A stretch of DNA of 64,000 bases. Source: Octopus vulgaris (Eukaryota). Positions 1-12,999 of the stretch are shown here, one piece after another. The stretch is taken from assembly GCA_951406725.2 (NCBI GenBank), contig OX597836.1, positions 46,748,001 to 46,812,000 on the forward strand. Direction: 5' to 3'. Position numbers and translations under genes: made by a program. The notes beneath the pieces were generated by a model, which did not search any database, was not told where the DNA came from, and saw only the letters and a program-made list of their open reading frames with translations. The first letter of the stretch is position 1; each line of letters begins with the position of its first letter.

Positions 1-184
1 TTGGAGTCACCCCCTTGCACCCACTTACTCCAATCATCTCTCATTAGTCCCTTGAATTGTTTGTTGATACTGACCCCCAGAGGTTGAAGCTGGCTTGTCA
101 GGCCAATCACTGCCAATTGGCTTTCTGATCTTTTTGCCAACTTTTTTGTTTCGTCAGTTATATAGGCCCTGAACTGATCTAACA

Positions 185-568
185 GGAGGGGAAGCACTCC
201 ATCGGTTACGACGATGAGAGTTCCGGTTGATCCGATCAACGGAACAGCCTGCTCGTGAAATTAACGTATAAGTGGCTGAGCACTCCACAGACGCGTGTAC
301 CCTTAATGTAGTTCTCGGGGATATTCAGTGTGACACAGAGAGTGACAAGGCCGGCCCTTTGAAATACAGGTACAACAGAAACAGGAAGTAAGAGTGAGAG
401 AAAGTTGTGGTGAAAGAGTACAGCAGGGGTCACCACCATCCCTGCCGGAGCCTCGTGGAGCTTTAGGTGTTTTCGCTCAATAAACACTCACAACGTCCGG
501 TCTGGGAATCGAAACCGCGATCCTACGACCGCGAGTCCGCTGCCCTAACCACTGGGCCATTGCGCCTC
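185..568 (-). mobile_element. tRNA-derived SINE (family E), full length, with 11-bp target-site duplication (TSD)
   Basis: Minus strand begins with a tRNA-like head (gcaatggcccagtggttagggc...ggtttcgattccc, A/B-box-like). TSD ctgatctaaca at 174-184 and 569-579. A very similar copy lies at 51069-51455 (+). Confidence 0.9.
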
Positions 569-994
569 CTGATCTAACAACAGCATAGATGGCTTCTTAA
601 AAAGGTTCCCAGGTCTAAGAGACTCCAAATCTTCTCGAACCAAAGCTTCATACCATCTTGATCCATCCAGCCCTTTGCATGAACATACACAAGAACCCCT
701 TCTGGCAGCTTCTCCTTTGGAAGTATCTTCCTTTTGAAAACAAGCATGGGTGGCAACTGGGTACCAACAGCACAGCATGCCAAGACAACTGTGTGGTGGG
801 TCTTCTCATGCCTACTTGTCTTGATGCCTACTGTTTTGGCCCCTTTTTGATTTACAGTTTTGTTGGAAGGAACATCAAAGTTAAGTGGAACTTCATCCAA
901 ATTTGTTATGTGGCAAAGTTCAAAATTGATTTCTTGCATAAATTAATGATATAAGAATGAAACTTAAGAATCTTTTCTTCATCAGGCATCTTCT

Positions 995-1069
995 ATGGAC
1001 CGTGAAGTCTGGCGTAGCATGGTAAATTCCATTGTCTCGACCACGGTCGAACAATGATGAATGATGATG
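995..1069 (+). mobile_element. 75-bp 5'-truncated LINE 3' tail (RTE-type, (tga)n tail) with 11-bp TSD
   Basis: TSD aggcatcttct at 984-994 and 1070-1080. The sequence matches the end of the longer copy at 53432-53606 (MDHEVWRNIVNSIV...). Confidence 0.85.
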
Positions 1070-1954
1070 AGGCATCTTCTGAACAAGCTTGGTTCTCGTC
1101 CTTAGACTCAAACTATTCCTCTTCATAAAAGAGCAGCATCAGATGGGCGTGCCTTTAAAACCAGTTGTCTCTTCTGTCTCCTGTTCTGCCTCTTTGCTCT
1201 TTTTTATCTCCTGAGCAATTCTTCTTCCTCAATCAATGAGGATCTTTGTCGAAACAAATGCACCAGTTTGAGTTTTTCCTCCAGATTTGGCCACCTTGCC
1301 TTTTTGCTTCATGCTGCTCTCTTCATCCTTGGCATCTCTAAAAGTTCGTCTTTGTGCTTTCCCCACAGTCCAATCATGGCAGCCACAAGAAGAGGAGGCC
1401 CAAGCTGTTTTGCTGCAGCTCTATTTCCATATTCCTCTGCAAACTGAATCACTTTCAATTTGAAATTTGCAGGATATAAAATGCGTTTTTTACTCTCGGA
1501 AATTTTTATGCTAACAGAAAACAAAAATCTATAAAAAGAGGAATGCAGGATCAATTTAAATAAGAGCAGGCAATACCTAAGACTGTGTCTCAGTTGAATT
1601 TCCATATATGGTCATGCTACATTCACACCTGTTTCAGTGTAAGCTGCATTGCCATATATGGTTATTGAGTATGCTTGCTATCTCTGATGGATTGTATGAC
1701 CTCCGTATGTGGCCAGAGTTTTTAAATAAGTGTTAATGTTTGCACTTGTGTGTTCACTCGCAATTTTAAATACAATTTAGAACTTTCATGTTGATACAAA
1801 AATACGGATTTAACAGTCTTGGTGAGCATGAGTAAGTACTGCATCCCTAATTAGTGGTTTGGACTTTAGCTGTTCTTTCTAGCATAAAGGATTCCTATGA
1901 TGGAAACCTCCTAATGTGTTTAAATGTACACTGTATTTAATATATATACATACA

Positions 1955-1980
<26 letters not shown>

Positions 1981-1986
<6 letters not shown>

Positions 1987-2143
1987 GGGAGAATTTACGA
2001 AAAAAACAAAAGACGAAAACAGGTGGTGTACAAAACAAACAGATATATTAGTATAACGCTCAGGAATAGAAAAAGTCTTTTACGTTTCGAGCCTATGCTC
2101 TTCTACAGAAAGGGACACAGAAAAAAACAAGGAGAGGAAAAAA

Positions 2144-2188
<45 letters not shown>

Positions 2189-2385
2189 GGGAGAGTTTAC
2201 GAAAAAAACAAAAGACGAAGACAGGTGGTGTACAAAACAAACAGATGTATTAGTATAACGCTCAGGAACAGAAAAAGTCTTTTACGTTTTGAGCCTACGC
2301 TCTTCTACAGAAAGGGACACAGAAAAAACAAAGAGAGAAACATGGAGAGAAAAAAATGTGTGTAGTGGCTAACGATCTATCAGAG
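1981..2385 (-). mobile_element. Tandemly duplicated (period about 202 bp) PLE-type terminus separated by (TA)n
   Basis: Two near-identical units start at 1981 and 2183. A related copy lies at about 37090-37310 (+). Each unit carries a degenerate hammerhead-like core (gaagagc(a/g)taggctc(g/a)aaacgta). Confidence 0.6.
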
Positions 2386-2615
2386 CATTATGGTAGGTTC
2401 ATGCGGCTCCATTTAATCGATCACTGCAGACATTACATCAATTTGAAATAAGCCGCTCTCCTCAGAAGCATACGACCATATAGATTTTCAACATACAGGA
2501 TACTCCATTACAGTTTTTAAGTAAATTTTTCATCAGTACGAGAGACTAAAATAATTCATTGCTTCTTTTTGCTATTATTTTAGTAGAATAAATTTAGGGA
2601 AAAAATGCTTAAATT

Positions 2616-2836
2616 ATGTATGTATGTATGTATGTATGTATGTATGTATGTAGGTATGTATGTATGTATGCATCTATGTATGTATGTATGTATGTTTTTA
2701 TGCATCTATGTATGTATGTATGTATGTATGTATGTATGTATGTACGTATGTATGTATGTATGTATGTATGTATGTATGTATGTATGTGTGTATGTATGTA
2801 TGTATGTATGTATGCATGCATGTATGTATGTATATG

Positions 2837-2870
<34 letters not shown>

Positions 2871-3120
2871 TGTATGTATGTGTGTATGTATGTATTTATG
2901 TATGCATGCATGTATGTATGTATGTATGTATGTATGTATGTATGTATGTATGTATGTATGTATGTATGTATGTATGTATGTATGTATGTATGTATGTATG
3001 TATGTATGTATGTATGTATGTATGTACGTACGTACGTATGTATGTATGTATGTATGTATTTATATGTATGTATGTATGTATGTATGTATGGATGGATGTA
3101 TGTATGTATGCACGCATGCA
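2616..3120. repeat. (ATGT)n microsatellite
   Basis: About 500 bp of tatg repeats; explains the MYVC/HTYI ORFs. Confidence 0.98.
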
Positions 3121-3239
3121 TGGATAATTCAAAGTGGCTGAAGAAAATAATGGGGGTCAAGAAAGAGGAAAGGTGATACAGCTCCATTCCTCTTTGTCCT
3201 TAGCATATTCAAAAGACCCAATACAGTGAGAGGCCAACA

Positions 3240-4620
3240 TCTGCTTATAATTAAATCCATTGGGAATTGGCAGTTAAGTTCTTGTTGTTTGTGATAAATT
3301 AATTAATGTCATGTCCTCTTCCCTTTCTGCATAAAAGAATATGTTTCAGAAGACAAATTAATGATCGTGATGAGGTGATAACCAGAAAGAGGAAGGGCAG
3401 GGGTGACTTAACATATGATTATCAACTAAAAGGGGCCTAAACTGGAAAACAAAGGAGGTCACAAAGGAGTGGGAATTAAAAGTATGGGAGAAAAAATGTG
3501 CATCCACACTTAGCAAAATTTATATATATTAAAGAATTAAAATTTAGAAAAGATTTAAGGACCAAGTAAGAGAAGAATAGCTAAAGGAATTTAAGCCATA
3601 AATGTGGGGTACTTTTATATTGAATAGAAACCTCATAATGCTTCTTCCTAGCATAATGTTAAGGGGGTCATGATAAAACTATTCATCAATGAACCTATAA
3701 TTAAATTCAGATATCCGAGTAGGGATACACATTTTCTATTGAATCAAAACCAAAGATTAAGGGCTGACGAAAAAAATAAGATAAATATTTCTATAACAGG
3801 TAAACTTATTTAAAAAACCTTGGCAAAATATATTTATATAAAAATTACCAACATTACGAAAAAATCTGAAAGGATATATGAAGGTATAAAAATACCACAT
3901 ACATATACATAAAAATATCATATATAACTATATATAAAATGAAATATATAGTGCACTTATAAAATATAAATTTAAATAAATAAATATCATATTGTATTGT
4001 ATTATATTGTATCATGATTATCATAGAGAGAAGTTACAAACTCCTTCACAATCTAAAGAAATTACACCAGTATATATGAGGGTATATAGATATACTAAAT
4101 ACAATAATATAATATAAGATAAAAGAATAAATGAAATTAAATAAAAATGAATAATAGGGAAAATATTTGTATAAATTTCAATAAAGATTTATAAAATGAA
4201 AAAATCGAAATAAAGATAAATATTTTACATTGCGAATGCCATTGAATATATACTGGATCTAAAAAGAGATAAAAGGTAAAAAATATGGATAAGTCAAGGT
4301 ATTGATAACAAAAGCTAATTAAAAAAATTAAAAAAATAAGATAAAGATACCATTGGAAATGGCTTTACAAAACATTTGTAAGATATATTATTACAGGCAC
4401 AGATGTATGTAGAATGATAATAGTTCTTAGGGGGTATATAATATCCTTAAGGGAGACATAAGATCTGATAATCCATTGTAAATATATACTTATTATGACT
4501 GACAGGGAAGAAAGCCTGAGAAGCAAAGGGAAAATAGTTTAATCTAAGTATGGTAGAAATGCAGATTAAACAGGTAGAGGTTATACGAGGCCAATATTAT
4601 GTATAATTCCATACAATAGA
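3240..4620 (-). mobile_element. Highly decayed Penelope-like RT region (probable)
   Basis: Minus-strand traces FGFDSIENVYP (about 3710-3760) and IMLGRSIMRFLF (about 3620-3660) occur in the order expected for PLE RT motifs. Very AT-rich, with many stops. Confidence 0.4.
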
Positions 4621-4679
4621 GGTTATGTTATGAAAGATATGACACCCCAGATAATTTCTGCCACTAAATCATAGTATAC

Positions 4680-5068
4680 TCTCTTTTTACTCTTTTACTT
4701 GTTTCATTCATTTGACTGCAGCCATGCTGGAGCACCACCTTTAATCGAGCAACTCAACCCCAGGACTTATTCTTTTGTAAGCCCAGTACTTATTCTATCG
4801 GTCTCTTTTGCCGAGCCGCTAAGTAACGGCGACATAAACACACCAGCATCGGTTGTCAAGCAGACACACAAACACATACACGCATATATATATATACATA
4901 TATACGACGGGCTTCCTTCAGTTTCCATCTACCAAATCCACTCACAAGGCTTTGGTCGGCCCGAGGCTATAGTAGAAGACACTTGCCCAAGTGCCACGTA
5001 GTGGGACTGAACCCGGAATCATGTGGTTCGTAAGCAAGCTACTTACCATACAGCCACTCCTGCGCCTG
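4680..5068 (-). mobile_element. SINE family A (tRNA-like head, CORE-like cttgggcaagt, internal (TA)/(TG)n, (gtaaaaga)n tail)
   Basis: Same roughly 400-450-bp consensus as about 20 other full or partial copies in the window. Confidence 0.9.
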
Positions 5069-5099
5069 TATATGTATAACATTATTTGTTTCTAAAATA

Positions 5100-5531
5100 T
5101 TTGAAGATACAGGTGATTCTATGCACACAGGATATGCTAAGGTCTAATCTAATCTAATATTAATTAGGTTATTCTTATTTACCTACTTACAAATTTCATA
5201 AATTTCCATACAACATAGTTTGCGTCCATATTGGCTATCTTTATGGCGGAGCTCCCCATACTATATCCCAATTAAGGCTAAATTTACTATCACTATACTT
5301 AAGTTCCCCAATTTTACTAGATAATGATGTACTATTAGCTTTATGTTTAAGTTTAAAAGATGCAAGATGGTTATTAACATGTGACTTCATGCTTTTTTGA
5401 GCACCCGATGTAAACAAAGTTACTAGTTTCAGTCAATACTGTACATTTGTACACAACATTTTGGGCTAAACAATGACTTAATAACGGGCATTGAGATCTT
5501 ATCCTACAATTGCAGCTGGGGATATTATTGC

Positions 5532-5585
<54 letters not shown>

Positions 5586-6257
5586 TATTATTAGTGTTGT
5601 TGTTGTTGTTGTTGCTGCTGCTGTTGTTGTTAATAGTAACATTACTATCATTTGTAGCATCATTCAAATTCATTGTAGTATAATCAGGTGTTGTGCCAGT
5701 AATGCCTGAGTTATTATATCTAGCAGTATTACAGCTTATATTAGTTCTATTTTTCAGGATTCCTACATATCCACTATTATTATCATCATTACAGGGGCTT
5801 AAAACACTACTGACATTATTATTACTAATGCCCCTGGCTAATTTTATATTTCTTCTATTAAACCGGGCTATATATGTATGTATATATATATATATATAGG
5901 TACAATAAATTCAGGGTGAATACTTGATAAATGTAAGCACCTGAATATGCCAGCTAGTAGCATAGGTAATAGGATATATGTATCAAAGGAAATAAATGAA
6001 AAACAGGACACAAAAGGATGTTGTGGTACATATGTTTTGGGCTTTATAGAACAACTTATTCTTACATCAATGCATAATCGACATAACAGATAGTTCAAAA
6101 GCCTTCTTCAGCCGCGTGCAATCGCTACACCAAAGACTTGTATCACATTATAAAAGGTTTGAGAAAAAACATTTGGTATTGTTTATAATGGTAGGTAAAC
6201 AGAGTACCATTGGGAAAGTTTACCTACCATTATAAACAATACCAAATGTTTTTTCTC
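5100..6257 (-). mobile_element. Penelope-like element 3' part: Cys motif plus GIY-YIG endonuclease (Naiad-like), with an inverted 5' end
   Basis: CNCRIRSQCPLLSHCLAQNVVYKCTVLTETSNFVYIGCS (ORF 5374-5673), followed by NHLASFKLKHKANSTSLSSKIGELK. Asn-rich microsatellite linker. 40-bp perfect inverted repeat at 6161-6200/6218-6257. Confidence 0.85.
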
Positions 6258-6265
6258 TATCTATC

Positions 6266-6297
<32 letters not shown>

Positions 6298-6424
6298 CAT
6301 ACATTCACACACATATATACATACATACACACACATATATATATACATACACATACATCTACATACATATACATACATACATACATATACATACATACAT
6401 GTATGCGAATATGTGAATATATGT

Positions 6425-6780
6425 GAATCAGAATCGAAATCGATCAATGGAAATTGCAGCTGAGATACCAGTGCCGGTGGCACATAAGAGAACCATCCGA
6501 ACGTGGCCGTTGCCAGCGCTGCCCCGACTGGCCTCGTGCCGGTGGTACGTAAAAAGCACCATCCGTTCGTGGCCGTTGCCAGCCCGACCTGGCCCCCGTG
6601 CCGGTGGCACGTAAAAAGCACCCACTACATTCATGGAGTGGTTGGTGTTAGGAAGGGCATCCAGCCGTAGAAAAATTGCCAGATCAGACTGGGCCTGGTG
6701 CAGCCTTCTGGCTTCCCAGACCCCAGTTGAACCATGCCAGCATAGAAAGCGGACGCTAAACGATGATGATGATGATGATG
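6425..6780 (+). mobile_element. SINE-like family C (repeated gtgccggtggcacgtaaaaagcacc module; ggaagggcatccagccgtag; (gat)n tail)
   Basis: Other copies at about 20365-20548, 23580-23893, 26510-26925, 26990-27242, 27612-28049, 34025-34330, 36617-36742, 43012-43190 and 60480-60790. Confidence 0.85.
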
Positions 6781-7139
6781 TATGTATAAATGAATGTAAA
6801 TGTGCGTATGTGTTTCATCAACACGAACACAACCACCAACAACAACAATATATTTGTATGAAGAAGATAAGCAAATCCATTTCAAATAAAACACAGAATG
6901 TGGTCTCCTCCAGTGTTTCAAAAGTTGAACGAAATGTGTTTCATCTTGGGTCTATGAGGACTGACTTGAGACAAAACAGCCACAATGCAATTATCAAAAA
7001 ACAATATAACCACCACAATGCCAACAATACTCACCCACCGTCACCAATATCTAAACCTATGCAACCCACATCATCAGCACTATCAAATCAAATTCTTTGA
7101 GTTCAAATGGCTACAACGGATATCAGCAGCCCAACGCAA

Positions 7140-7472
7140 GTGTGCATGAGTGTGTGAGAGTGTATGAGTGTGTGAGTGTGTATGAGTGTGTGAGTGTGTA
7201 TGGGTGTGTGAGAGTGTATGAGTGTGTGAGTGTGTATGAGTGTGTGAGTGTGTATGGGTGTGTGAGAGTGTATGAGTGTATGAGTGTGTATGGGTGTGTG
7301 AGAGTGTATGAGTGTGTTTGTATGGGTGTGTGAGAGTGTATGAGTGTGTATGGGTGTGTGAGAGTGTATGGGTGTGTGTCCCTGTGTGTGTGTGTGTCCC
7401 TGTGTGAGTGTGTATAAGTGTGTGTCCCTGTGTGTGAGTGTGTATAAGTGTGTGTCCCTGTGTGTGTGTGTC

Positions 7473-7533
<61 letters not shown>
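7140..7533. repeat. Compound (TG)n-based microsatellite
   Basis: gagtgtgt/gtatg variants grading into pure (tg)n. Confidence 0.95.
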
Positions 7534-7535
<2 letters not shown>

Positions 7536-8153
7536 ATGATTTAAGTCAGATTTGCAAGCAGCAAATTACCTATAAAATCTAGTAACCCTTCAGCCAACTG
7601 TAACCATATACCGTACAGTACTTGCTCTTCCTCCGTCTTTCACCTTTTCATCTCATTTTCATTTCTGCATCAATAGGAATCAGGCAATTTTTCATTCTCA
7701 CAAATCAGATCTTTCTTGAGCCAATTTTTTAACAACATATTTTATAGTAAATCACTGTGGCTGCCATTGGGATTAGCCTTCAGTTTAAGATAACTGGAAA
7801 GAAGCTATCAAGTAGACCTGAAGGCAGAAGTGTGAAAAGGAACCGCAAAGAGATTACAATGGATATTAAAGCGTGGTCTTTTGAAAAGACTTGATGCAGA
7901 AGTAAAACTAGGTTATATTGCTGAAACACTAAATCTTCCAACATCTACAGAGGGAACAAAATGTCTAATAACAGAGAGGAAATTATATCAATTGCTAAAG
8001 AAGCTACTCCATAAATTGTCCAGACCATATTTTCCCATAGATCTAATGTAATGCCTAAAATGGAACAACACTTGTGTATACAGATCAAAGATCAGAATTA
8101 TGAGATAATGTACAGATAAATATGAGGATAATTTTTAAAAAAGACAAAAGTTT

Positions 8154-8329
8154 GAGTGGCTGTGTGGTAAGTAGCTTGCTTACCAACCACATGGTTCCAG
8201 GTTCAGTCCCACTGCATGGCACCTTAGGCAAGTGTCTTCTACTATAGCCTCGGGCCAACCAAAGCCTTGTGAGTGGATTTGGTAGATGGAAACTGAAAGA
8301 AGCCCGTCGTATATATGTATATATATATG

Positions 8330-8369
<40 letters not shown>

Positions 8370-8575
8370 CGTTTGTGTGTCTGTGTTTGTCCCCCCAACA
8401 TTGCTTGACAACCGTTGCTGGTGTGTTTACATCCCCGTAACTTAGCGGTTCTGCAAAAGAGATTGATAGAATAAGTACTAGGCTTACAAAGAATAAGTCC
8501 TGGGGTCGATTTGCTCGACTAAAGGTGGTGCTCCAGCATGGCCACAGTCAAATGACTGAAATAAGTAAAAGAGTA
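8154..8575 (+). mobile_element. SINE family A inside Tigger
   Basis: Family consensus. Confidence 0.9.
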
Positions 8576-9065
8576 GAAAATGGGAGGTGAAACTTCTAAT
8601 GGAAAACCCTTTTTGGCAAGCAAAGGCTGCTTTGAAAGATTTAAAAAGCACAAGAATTTGCACAACATAAAAATGATTGCTGAAACCGTGACTGCTGGGG
8701 CTACAACTAACTATCCTGAATATTTGATGAAAATGATTGCTAAAGGGGGCTACACACCTGAGCAAGTATACATTATTGATGAAATTGCACTTTTCTGGAA
8801 GTACATGCCTGCTAGAATTTTTATACATCAAGAAGCAAAATCAATGCCAGGACTTAGAGCTTCCGAAAATTGTATGACACTTCTTTTGGGATGAAATGTC
8901 CCTGGAGATATGAAATTAAAGCCCCTACATGTGTATCACTCCAAAAATCTAAGAGCTTTCACAAAGTTTAATTAACCTCTGATCTGGCATTGAAATGAGG
9001 AGGTAGGGAGGACTAAGAGCCTCTTCAAAAAGTAGTTTACAAACGTTTTTTTGACCTGCAGTAGA

Positions 9066-9237
9066 TAGGCGCAGGAGTGGCTGTGTGGTAAGTAGCTTGC
9101 TAACCAACCACATGGTTCTGGGCTCAGTCCCACTGCGTGGCATCTTGGGCAAGTGTCTTCTGCTATAGCCCCGGGCCAACCAATGCCTTGTGAGTGGATT
9201 TGGTAGACGGAAACTGAAAGAAGCCTGTCGTATATAT

Positions 9238-9273
<36 letters not shown>

Positions 9274-9480
9274 TTGTGTGTCTGTGTTTGTCCCCCTAGC
9301 ATTGCCTGACAACCAATGCTGGTGTGTTTACGTCCCCGTCACTTAGTGGTTCAGCAAAAGAGACCGATAGAATAAGTACTGGGCTTACAAAGAATAAGTC
9401 CGGGGGTCAATTTGCTCGATCAAAGGCAGTGCTCCAGCATGGCCGCAGTCAAATGACTGAAACAAGTAAAAGAGTAAAAG
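9066..9480 (+). mobile_element. SINE family A inside Tigger
   Basis: Full-length consensus flanked by agtaga (9060-9065 and 9481-9486). Confidence 0.9.
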
Positions 9481-10411
9481 AGTAGAGTACCAGACATATC
9501 CCCAATAAAGCAATGCTTCTTTTAGATATGGCACAGAACCAGTCAGCAAAGTTAGATGACTTTTCTGAGAAAAATGTGAATAAAATATATCCTCAAGAAT
9601 ACAACTTCTTTGCTCCTGCCAATGGATCAAGGTGCAATAGCTAACTTCAAGGCATATTATATGAGAACTTTCAAACAACTCATGTAAGTAATTGACAGGG
9701 AGGAAAAACCTAGAGTTAGAGATTTCTGGAAGAAATTCAACCTAATGAATGCATAGACAATATAGCTGGGTTATGATATGATGTGAAACCTTCAACTTTG
9801 AATGGTGCTTTGAAAAATATATGTCCAGACTGTATCTGTGACATTAGAAGTTTTCCTGAAGGAGAAAGCCTCCATCAAATTCAGAAAGATACTGTGACAC
9901 TTGAAAAAGATGTAGGATTTGAAGAAATTATAGAGGAGGATATGATTGAGTTGCAAGTGTCCCAGAGAGAAAATTTATCTAATGAGGGGCTGATGCTGTT
10001 AGAAAAGGAACAAGCTGAGAATACAGATGAGACAATGGGAGTTCCATCTACACCACTTAAGTTGACTCCAAGAATTATTCCTAAAGTGTTGGCACTTATC
10101 AAGGAAGATCTGCAGGTTTTTGTAGATAATGATCCTAATCATGAACATTAAATAAAAATTACCTGAACTGTTTACAATGGACTCAGATCCTATGCTAAGC
10201 TGTACAAAGAGATGATGTGTCATAAACAACAAACAACTCTAGACGAGTTCTTCACTCCTCAAGCTGATATTCTTGATGATGAACTCTAAGATAGCAAATA
10301 TTGTCACCCAGCCTCGAATTAATGCTCAATCCACCCCCAAACCCTCACACAGTAGTAAACATCTTTTGCAGTAAAAAGGTACTCTTATGATATTATGCTT
10401 CTTATTTATTC

Positions 10412-10808
10412 CTTTACTCTTTTACTTGTTTCAGTCATTTGACTGCGGCCATACTGGAGCACCACCCTTAATCAAGCAACTCGACCCGGGACTTATTCCT
10501 TGTAAGCCCAGCACCTATTCCATCGGTCTCCCCCACCGAACCACCAAGTGACGGGGACATAAACACACCAGCATCGGCTGTCAAGCAATACCAGTGGGAC
10601 AAACACAGACACAAAAACACACACACATATATATATATATATATACGACGGGCTTCTTTCAGTTTCCGTCTACCAAATCCACTCACAAGGCTTTGGTCGG
10701 CCCGAGGCTATAGTAGAAGACACTTGCCCAAGATGCCACACAGTGGGACTGAACCCGGAACCATGTGGTTGGTAAGCAAGCTACTTTCCACACAGCCACT
10801 CCCGCACC
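10412..10808 (-). mobile_element. SINE family A
   Basis: Family consensus. Confidence 0.9.
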
Positions 10809-11049
10809 TTTATGTATTCCTCATGAAGTGTTTGTGTGGTTATCTGCCATCTATTTCGAACTGTGAATATTTAAAAAATTGTTATTTTCATGTATAAAGG
10901 TGACCTTGTTGCTTATTCTCTGCTGTTTTCTTGTGCTTTTCTTTCCCCTCCCCAATGGAAAAGTCCGTAGAAATACAATCTCACTTGATAATATGAAAAT
11001 CAATTGGAAATTAATTTCACGTAATGGAATTTTGTGAAGCATTTCTGTA

Positions 11050-11128
11050 GATATACCTATATGTATACATTTATATACATATGCTGTTACATATACACAT
11101 ACATGTATGTATGTCCACATATGTATAT

Positions 11129-11183
<55 letters not shown>

Positions 11184-11404
11184 AATGAATATATATGTAT
11201 ATATATACAAATGTATGTATATATATATATATACAAATGAATATATATATATATATATACAAATACGTACATGTATATACAAATATATACATACTTACAA
11301 TCATATACAAATACATGCATACATATATGCACAAACACATACATATATGTACAACTACATATATACATACATACATACATACATATATATATATATACAC
11401 ACAA

Positions 11405-11443
<39 letters not shown>

Positions 11444-11468
11444 CACATACAAATAAATATACATATAT
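11050..11468. repeat. (TA)n/(TACA)n microsatellite
   Basis: Directly visible. Confidence 0.95.
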
Positions 11469-11469
11469 C

Positions 11470-12349
11470 TTCTTTTACCTTCTACATGTTTCAGTCATTT
11501 AACTGCAGCCATGCTGGAGCACTGCCTTTAGTCAAACAAATCACCCCCAGTACTTATTCTTTGTAAGACTAGTACTTGTTCTATTGGTCTCTTTTGTCGA
11601 ACTGCTAGGTTACAGAGTCACAAACACACCAACATCGGTTGTCAAGCGATGGTGTGGAGACAAATACAGACACAAGTATGTATGTATATATATTTCCCTC
11701 TGCATCCGTCTCCCCCCCTTCTACGTTTCTCTATCTCTCTCACCTCCAGCCCCCTCGATCTGTCTCTTTCTTCTCCTCCCTCGTCCACCTTCTCTCTCTT
11801 TTCATCTGTCCCTTTCTCCTGTCTTTTGTTCTCACGTGACCGCTAGCTGCTGTTGAGCGCTCTTTTCGTTCCAGCAGCCGCCGAAGCAACACGTATTTGT
11901 TCGTCTCCCTGCGGCCATTAGGCACAACTTCATAAGCCAGCCCCATACTCAACTCGTCCTGTCGAAAGACCCTTGTCCTACGTCCTGGTTTTGTTTTGTT
12001 GTTTATTTTTTATTTTTACCGTTATTGTTTTTACGTTTTTGTATTCTTATTGGTGTCACATATTCTGTATTTTTGTTCGTGTACTTCGTTCGTTTTCCAT
12101 CCTCGTGTTGTATACATTCGAAGCTTTCTTCCAGGGGATCTAATGCGCTTGGCTTAGATTTCCCTTGGCGGGCTGCCCATATCGGAGCAATCTCAAGATT
12201 AATCAGCCGAAATTGCTAAGATGATCTGGTTCTTGACTGATGACTGAGGGCTTCGAATGTCCCGTCCTGTGGTTCTTGTGTCGTCTCTGTGGTGTTTCAT
12301 GTTCTTGTCCATGTCTGTAATTATTTTTACTGTTTACCTATATATATAT

Positions 12350-12381
<32 letters not shown>

Positions 12382-12803
12382 CATATATATATTGGGTTGG
12401 TGCATAATTATTGCGACTTCTTTTCAACAAATTTTATTCATCAAAAACAATATGTAACAAAAACATCTTTAAATGATTATTCTGGAGCATATTCACCATC
12501 CACTTCAATTACTGCTTCCCACTTGCTTGGCAGACGGTCAGACTGTCATTTAAAGATGTTTTTGTTAAATATTGTTATTGTTTTTGCTGAATAAAATTTA
12601 TTGAAAAATGCCGCAATAATTATGCACCAACTCAAAATATATATGACAGGCTTCTTTCAGTTTCCATCTACCAAATCCATACACAAGGCTTTGGTTGGCC
12701 TGAAGCTATAGTAGAAGACACTTGCCCAAGGTGCCAGGCAGTGGGATTGAACCCAGAACCATGTGGTTGGGAAGCAAGCTTCTTGCCACACAGCCACTCC
12801 TGT
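11470..12803 (-). mobile_element. SINE family A split at its internal TA tract by a PLE-type 3' fragment (about 11690-12340) and a mariner MITE
   Basis: SINE tail half at 11470-11680 and head half at 12645-12803. The intervening fragment resembles 46430-47070 in the opposite orientation. Confidence 0.75.
12391..12636. mobile_element. Mariner-type MITE
   Basis: Terminal inverted repeats (TIRs) ttgggttggtgcataattattgcg / cgcaataattatgcaccaactcaa (Hsmar1/MADE1-like), in TA context. Confidence 0.85.
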
Positions 12804-12999
12804 ACACACACACACACACACATATGTATTATATAGAGAAGTAATGTCTATCACCACACCAATATGGCTGTTCTGTAGGAGCCGACATTTCTTGTGAAGG
12901 TGTATGCTCATCTGGGACCTTAAACAACAGGAGGTCAAGTTTGTTTCTTGAAAGCATTCGCCCCCCCCCCCCACACACACACACACCGACCCTTCATGC

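Larger units (their letters stand above)
1..1500 (-). mobile_element. Decayed pogo/POGK-like DDE transposase (Brinker-type DNA-binding N-terminus plus DDE_1 domain), interrupted by a SINE and a LINE tail; runs off the window start
   Basis: Minus-strand peptides RILYPANFKLKVIQFAEEYGNRAAAKQ (ORF 1309-1605) and NLDEVPLNFD...HEKTHHTVVLACCAVGTQLPPMLVFKRK...KGWMD (574-939). Manual translation of 1-184 gives LDQFRAYITD...LAVIGLTSQLQPLGVSINKQFK, matching the pogo DxFxAH and TSxLQPLDVxxNKPFK motifs. Confidence 0.9.
7838..10290 (+). mobile_element. Decayed Tigger (TIGD1-like) transposase interrupted by two SINEs
   Basis: RKEITMDIK at the start; FLASKGCFERFKKHKNLHNIK...GGYTPEQVYIIDEIALFWKYMPAR (8580-8894); GDMKLKPLHVYHSKNLRA; NTTSLLLPMDQGAIANFKAYY (about 9598-9660); GFEEIIEEDMIEL (9783-10151). 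Stops and frameshifts present. Confidence 0.92.

Noticed and set aside
2605-3187. Long MYVC/HTYI ORFs (also at 56158-56674 and 11071-11566)
   Set aside because: Translations of (ATGT)n/(TA)n microsatellites.
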